A stretch of 64,000 nt of DNA from Styela clava (lineage: Eukaryota). A program made the translations under genes and the position numbers. Below the pieces are notes generated by a model, which saw only the letters and a list, made by a program, of their open reading frames with translations, did not search any database and was not told the origin of the DNA. The DNA lies in the NCBI RefSeq assembly GCF_964204865.1, contig NC_135254.1, positions 7,688,001 through 7,752,000 of the forward strand, in the 5' to 3' direction. Below are positions 60,856 to 64,000 of this stretch, piece by piece (positions within the stretch are counted from its first letter, which is position 1; every line of letters begins with the position of its first letter).

Positions 60856-63800
60856 TTATAAGTTATATTTGTTGTGGCTGGGGAGCCAGATATGTCAGAT
60901 GAAGTTGGAACTACCAGAAATTTTAGTGACTCCAGTTTTTAACCTTATAATTATTTTTCAACATTTATAATATTCTGATACATGATACAAATAGTAAAAT
61001 CTATCGTTTCCAGATCATAAATTTTTAAAATTTCAATTCATGATATTATGTTAAAAGTTAAATTTATATATTTAAAACTTTATATCATAGTTTTGAGTCC
61101 CGCTTCCACAAAACTGCATTTGGGCATATATTACATGTTGGTGGTCAAACTTAAAAAGCAGAAGCCGGAACCACCTTTGAATAATGTTAATTTCATTGCT
61201 CGAGACTAATGAAATATGACGAAAAAAGTTATTTGCAAAAAAGAGATACAGAAAAGACCTTGGAAAGAATCACAAAATGCATGCAAGTTCCAGTAAACAG
61301 TTGCAGAAACTGTTTGATTAATTTTAACGACGACAGTTCTAGTAATACGTAATCATATCACATTATGATGCCCTAACTTTGTGTTTTCCGAGAGAAAGGA
61401 GAGAGGAATCACCACGATGACAAATAGGATAGGAATGACGAATCGTGCCTAGTCATGGTTGGTGATGATCAATGAATTGAATCATATAAATCAAGGTTGA
61501 CTATTCAAAGAAATTTTGATACAAGGTCGAGGTGAAATTGAGATAAATTAATTTTCAATGTTTGGACAGTGATGGACATTCATATGAATCGATATTTTGT
61601 TCAGTCCTGACTCCTGACTAAATTTGACACTGATTTATAAAATCAAGTCAACAAGATGATGAAAATGAATTACCTTCTTACACTACATGTAGAGTATAAA
61701 AAGATTGAATCTATAACAAGAAATTTATTTGAGATACTGTTTAGCGATTGCCGATAGGATACAGCTGCTATTGCATAGTGTTAATCCGTTACAGCAGGGG
61801 TGTGTAACATTTTTTGTCAGTAGGGCATATAAACAACTTTAAACATCTAGCCTAGCCTCACAAAAATGCGGAATGTGGCTAGCCTATCGTTTAGCCTTAC
61901 AATAATAAAAGTACCTCGCGCGAAAGCGAAACTGCTATAAGGTGTGCAATTTTTGATGACGTCAGCGCACATGAAAAACGAATCCCAGAACCCACAAAGT
62001 TTTCTCCAACACACAGGAACTGACACAAAATTTTATCTTTATTATGTACACTGTACATATTTAAATAATTATTGTTGTTTAGGTACACGTTTGTTGATAT
62101 TTTGGGTATTTTGTATTGCGTAAGAAAGAATCAAAATAATTACCATTGTTTCTTATGACAAAATGAGTTCCAGTACTCGGACAAATCGTTAGTCGAACAC
62201 TAATCCGGAACGAATTATATTAGACTAGCGAAGTATCATTGTATGCTTGTAGGCGAAATGGAAAAGGGAATAAAAATATTCTTAATCACAGAAATGCTAC
62301 TGTGAAATCTTTTTTCCTTCAATAAGTCTGATTATTTTTTTTGTGAGAAATCCAATGGTGATGTGCAAATAGAAAGAGGACCAATTATGGACTGCAAATG
62401 GACAAGTAATCAATTGACAGTATTATCATTCAGCATTATTGCCAAACTTTTTTATATCAGTTTATATTATCTAATTTGCACAATAATTAATTTGCTATTA
62501 ACTATATCAAATGAAGAAATTCACCTTACGGGTACTGTATTACGCGTAAGGTGTTTCTTCTTCAATTGATATAGTTAATAGCAAATTTTAGAACTGTCAC
62601 AAAAAGCACGCACTTTTACAAAATATCAATTGAGAAAAATAAGGAAAAAATTGAATTCCAATTTGCTATTACAGTATTACCTGTATACAGATGTAATTTA
62701 TTGTTTTTGTGATGTCTAAAGTATTCCAGAGTGGTCCGCCATTACAACGGCGTTGTAGTGTTTGTTTATCCTTGGTCCATGCATGATCAGAGCTTCCTCA
62801 CAATCGCACCTGTTCAAGTTACGGTTGTGCGACAAGTTTGTCATTGCTTTTTTATCTTTACCTTGACGATAGAGATGACATATCATGCGTAAATTTGCGC
62901 CTATATCACTCTTGCTGCTATAACAAGGTCATATTTCATATGTTTGTATGTATATTTGTCATTTTATCATAGTGTGATTATTTTTTTTTGAGTGCAAATG
63001 CGTCATAATTTATAAATACACAACTACTTTGTGTTTACTTGGCAAGAAAAGTATTTTGACAGTGCAAGCGATCAACCTTTAGCATAACCTTTAGCAATCA
63101 AAACACAAAGAAACAATACCAGACTGTTTTGCTTACTACGCGCATAGCGAGCCAGCTGTGTAATTATCAAGCGCTGATTTTCAATTCAATAACTCGCGCC
63201 AGCTTTAGTTTAGGAATTCCACTTTGCACGCGTTTGAAATGTGACATAATGCGCTTTACATCAGACATAATACATTCCATTCTCTCTCATGTGTTTACTA
63301 CAGAGCTCAAATTGAAAAAACTTTTTCTCGAAAAAATTTTGAATTTGTTTTATACAAACGCGATGGAAAGAGAGAGAGACGCGTCACGTATTTCATCGAC
63401 CGTTGCCAGAATCTATTTGATGCCAGCTTTTCAAAGAAGGCTAAATGATGTTTCTAGAATGTTTGAACGAAGAGAAATGACAATTTTAGTTATGGGTGTC
63501 AAAATGGGCTCAGATTGGCGAGAAATAAAACAAACTTTTCAGACCACAAGGTGGCATACAACTCTAGTTTTGTTTTAAATTGCTTTGGGAGTTTAATATT
63601 AACTTCCACAAAAATACACAAACTGACAAATACATGCTGACATGGGGCATCCGAACGTTCAATTTGAGGCTCTGAAAGACTAATAGTTGCTTTTGGCCGT
63701 CGAGGTGGCATAAAACGATTTTCAGATTTTAGATTTGTAGATATAACAGTACTGCAGTATGAATTTGATTTTTAGTCGCCTAGAGTTCAGTTCAGTACGG

Positions 63801-64000
63801 CACACTATCCAAGAATTTCCCCTCATTTGATTCAATGAAACAAACACTATGTGTCTCACAAACGTGGGGCGTCTGGCACGACGGCAGATGCGTCATATCG
63901 CGCTATGCTTGTCTGAATAATAAACTAAATTAATCTCAGCCTTAACGCGACCAAAATTGCCGTTTTTTGCTAAAATCTCTCGAATGCCACGGTAGCAAAT

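Noticed and set aside
63129-63711. 149-aa plus-strand ORF and opposing MPPRRPKATISLSEPQIERSDAPCQH ORF
   Set aside because: No recognisable domain. The minus-strand start could be a first exon (possible GT donor after QH), but I could not build a supported gene model.

Overview
This is AT-rich animal genomic DNA with spliceosomal introns, MITEs and SINEs. The gene content and style suggest an ascidian (tunicate), but that is inference. From left to right the window holds: (1) a frameshifted C2H2 zinc-finger gene with about 14 fingers (1.4-2.6 kb); (2) three tandem multi-exon collectin-like genes (signal peptide, short collagen, coiled-coil neck, non-canonical C-type lectin domain) at 8.2-22.8 kb, of which copy 3 is intact, copy 1 carries 1-nt lesions and a transposon in its stop codon, and copy 2 is a pseudogene; (3) five intronless strictosidine-synthase-like/APMAP beta-propeller genes in mixed orientation (25.7-49.6 kb), with a 7-finger ZNF gene between copies 1 and 2; (4) an intronless E2F4/5; and (5) two tandem intronless insect-AANAT-type GNAT acetyltransferases (54.7-57.6 kb). 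Intergenic and intronic DNA is packed with non-autonomous hAT elements (many with exact 8-bp TSDs), a palindromic YY1/TTAGGG repeat family, Helentron-like elements, tRNA-derived SINEs and a LINE RT fragment. The most intriguing candidate system is the SSL x5 + AANAT-like x2 intronless enzyme island, whose SSL copies share AP-2-like upstream boxes and a remodelled, polybasic loop. Its function is a hypothesis only.
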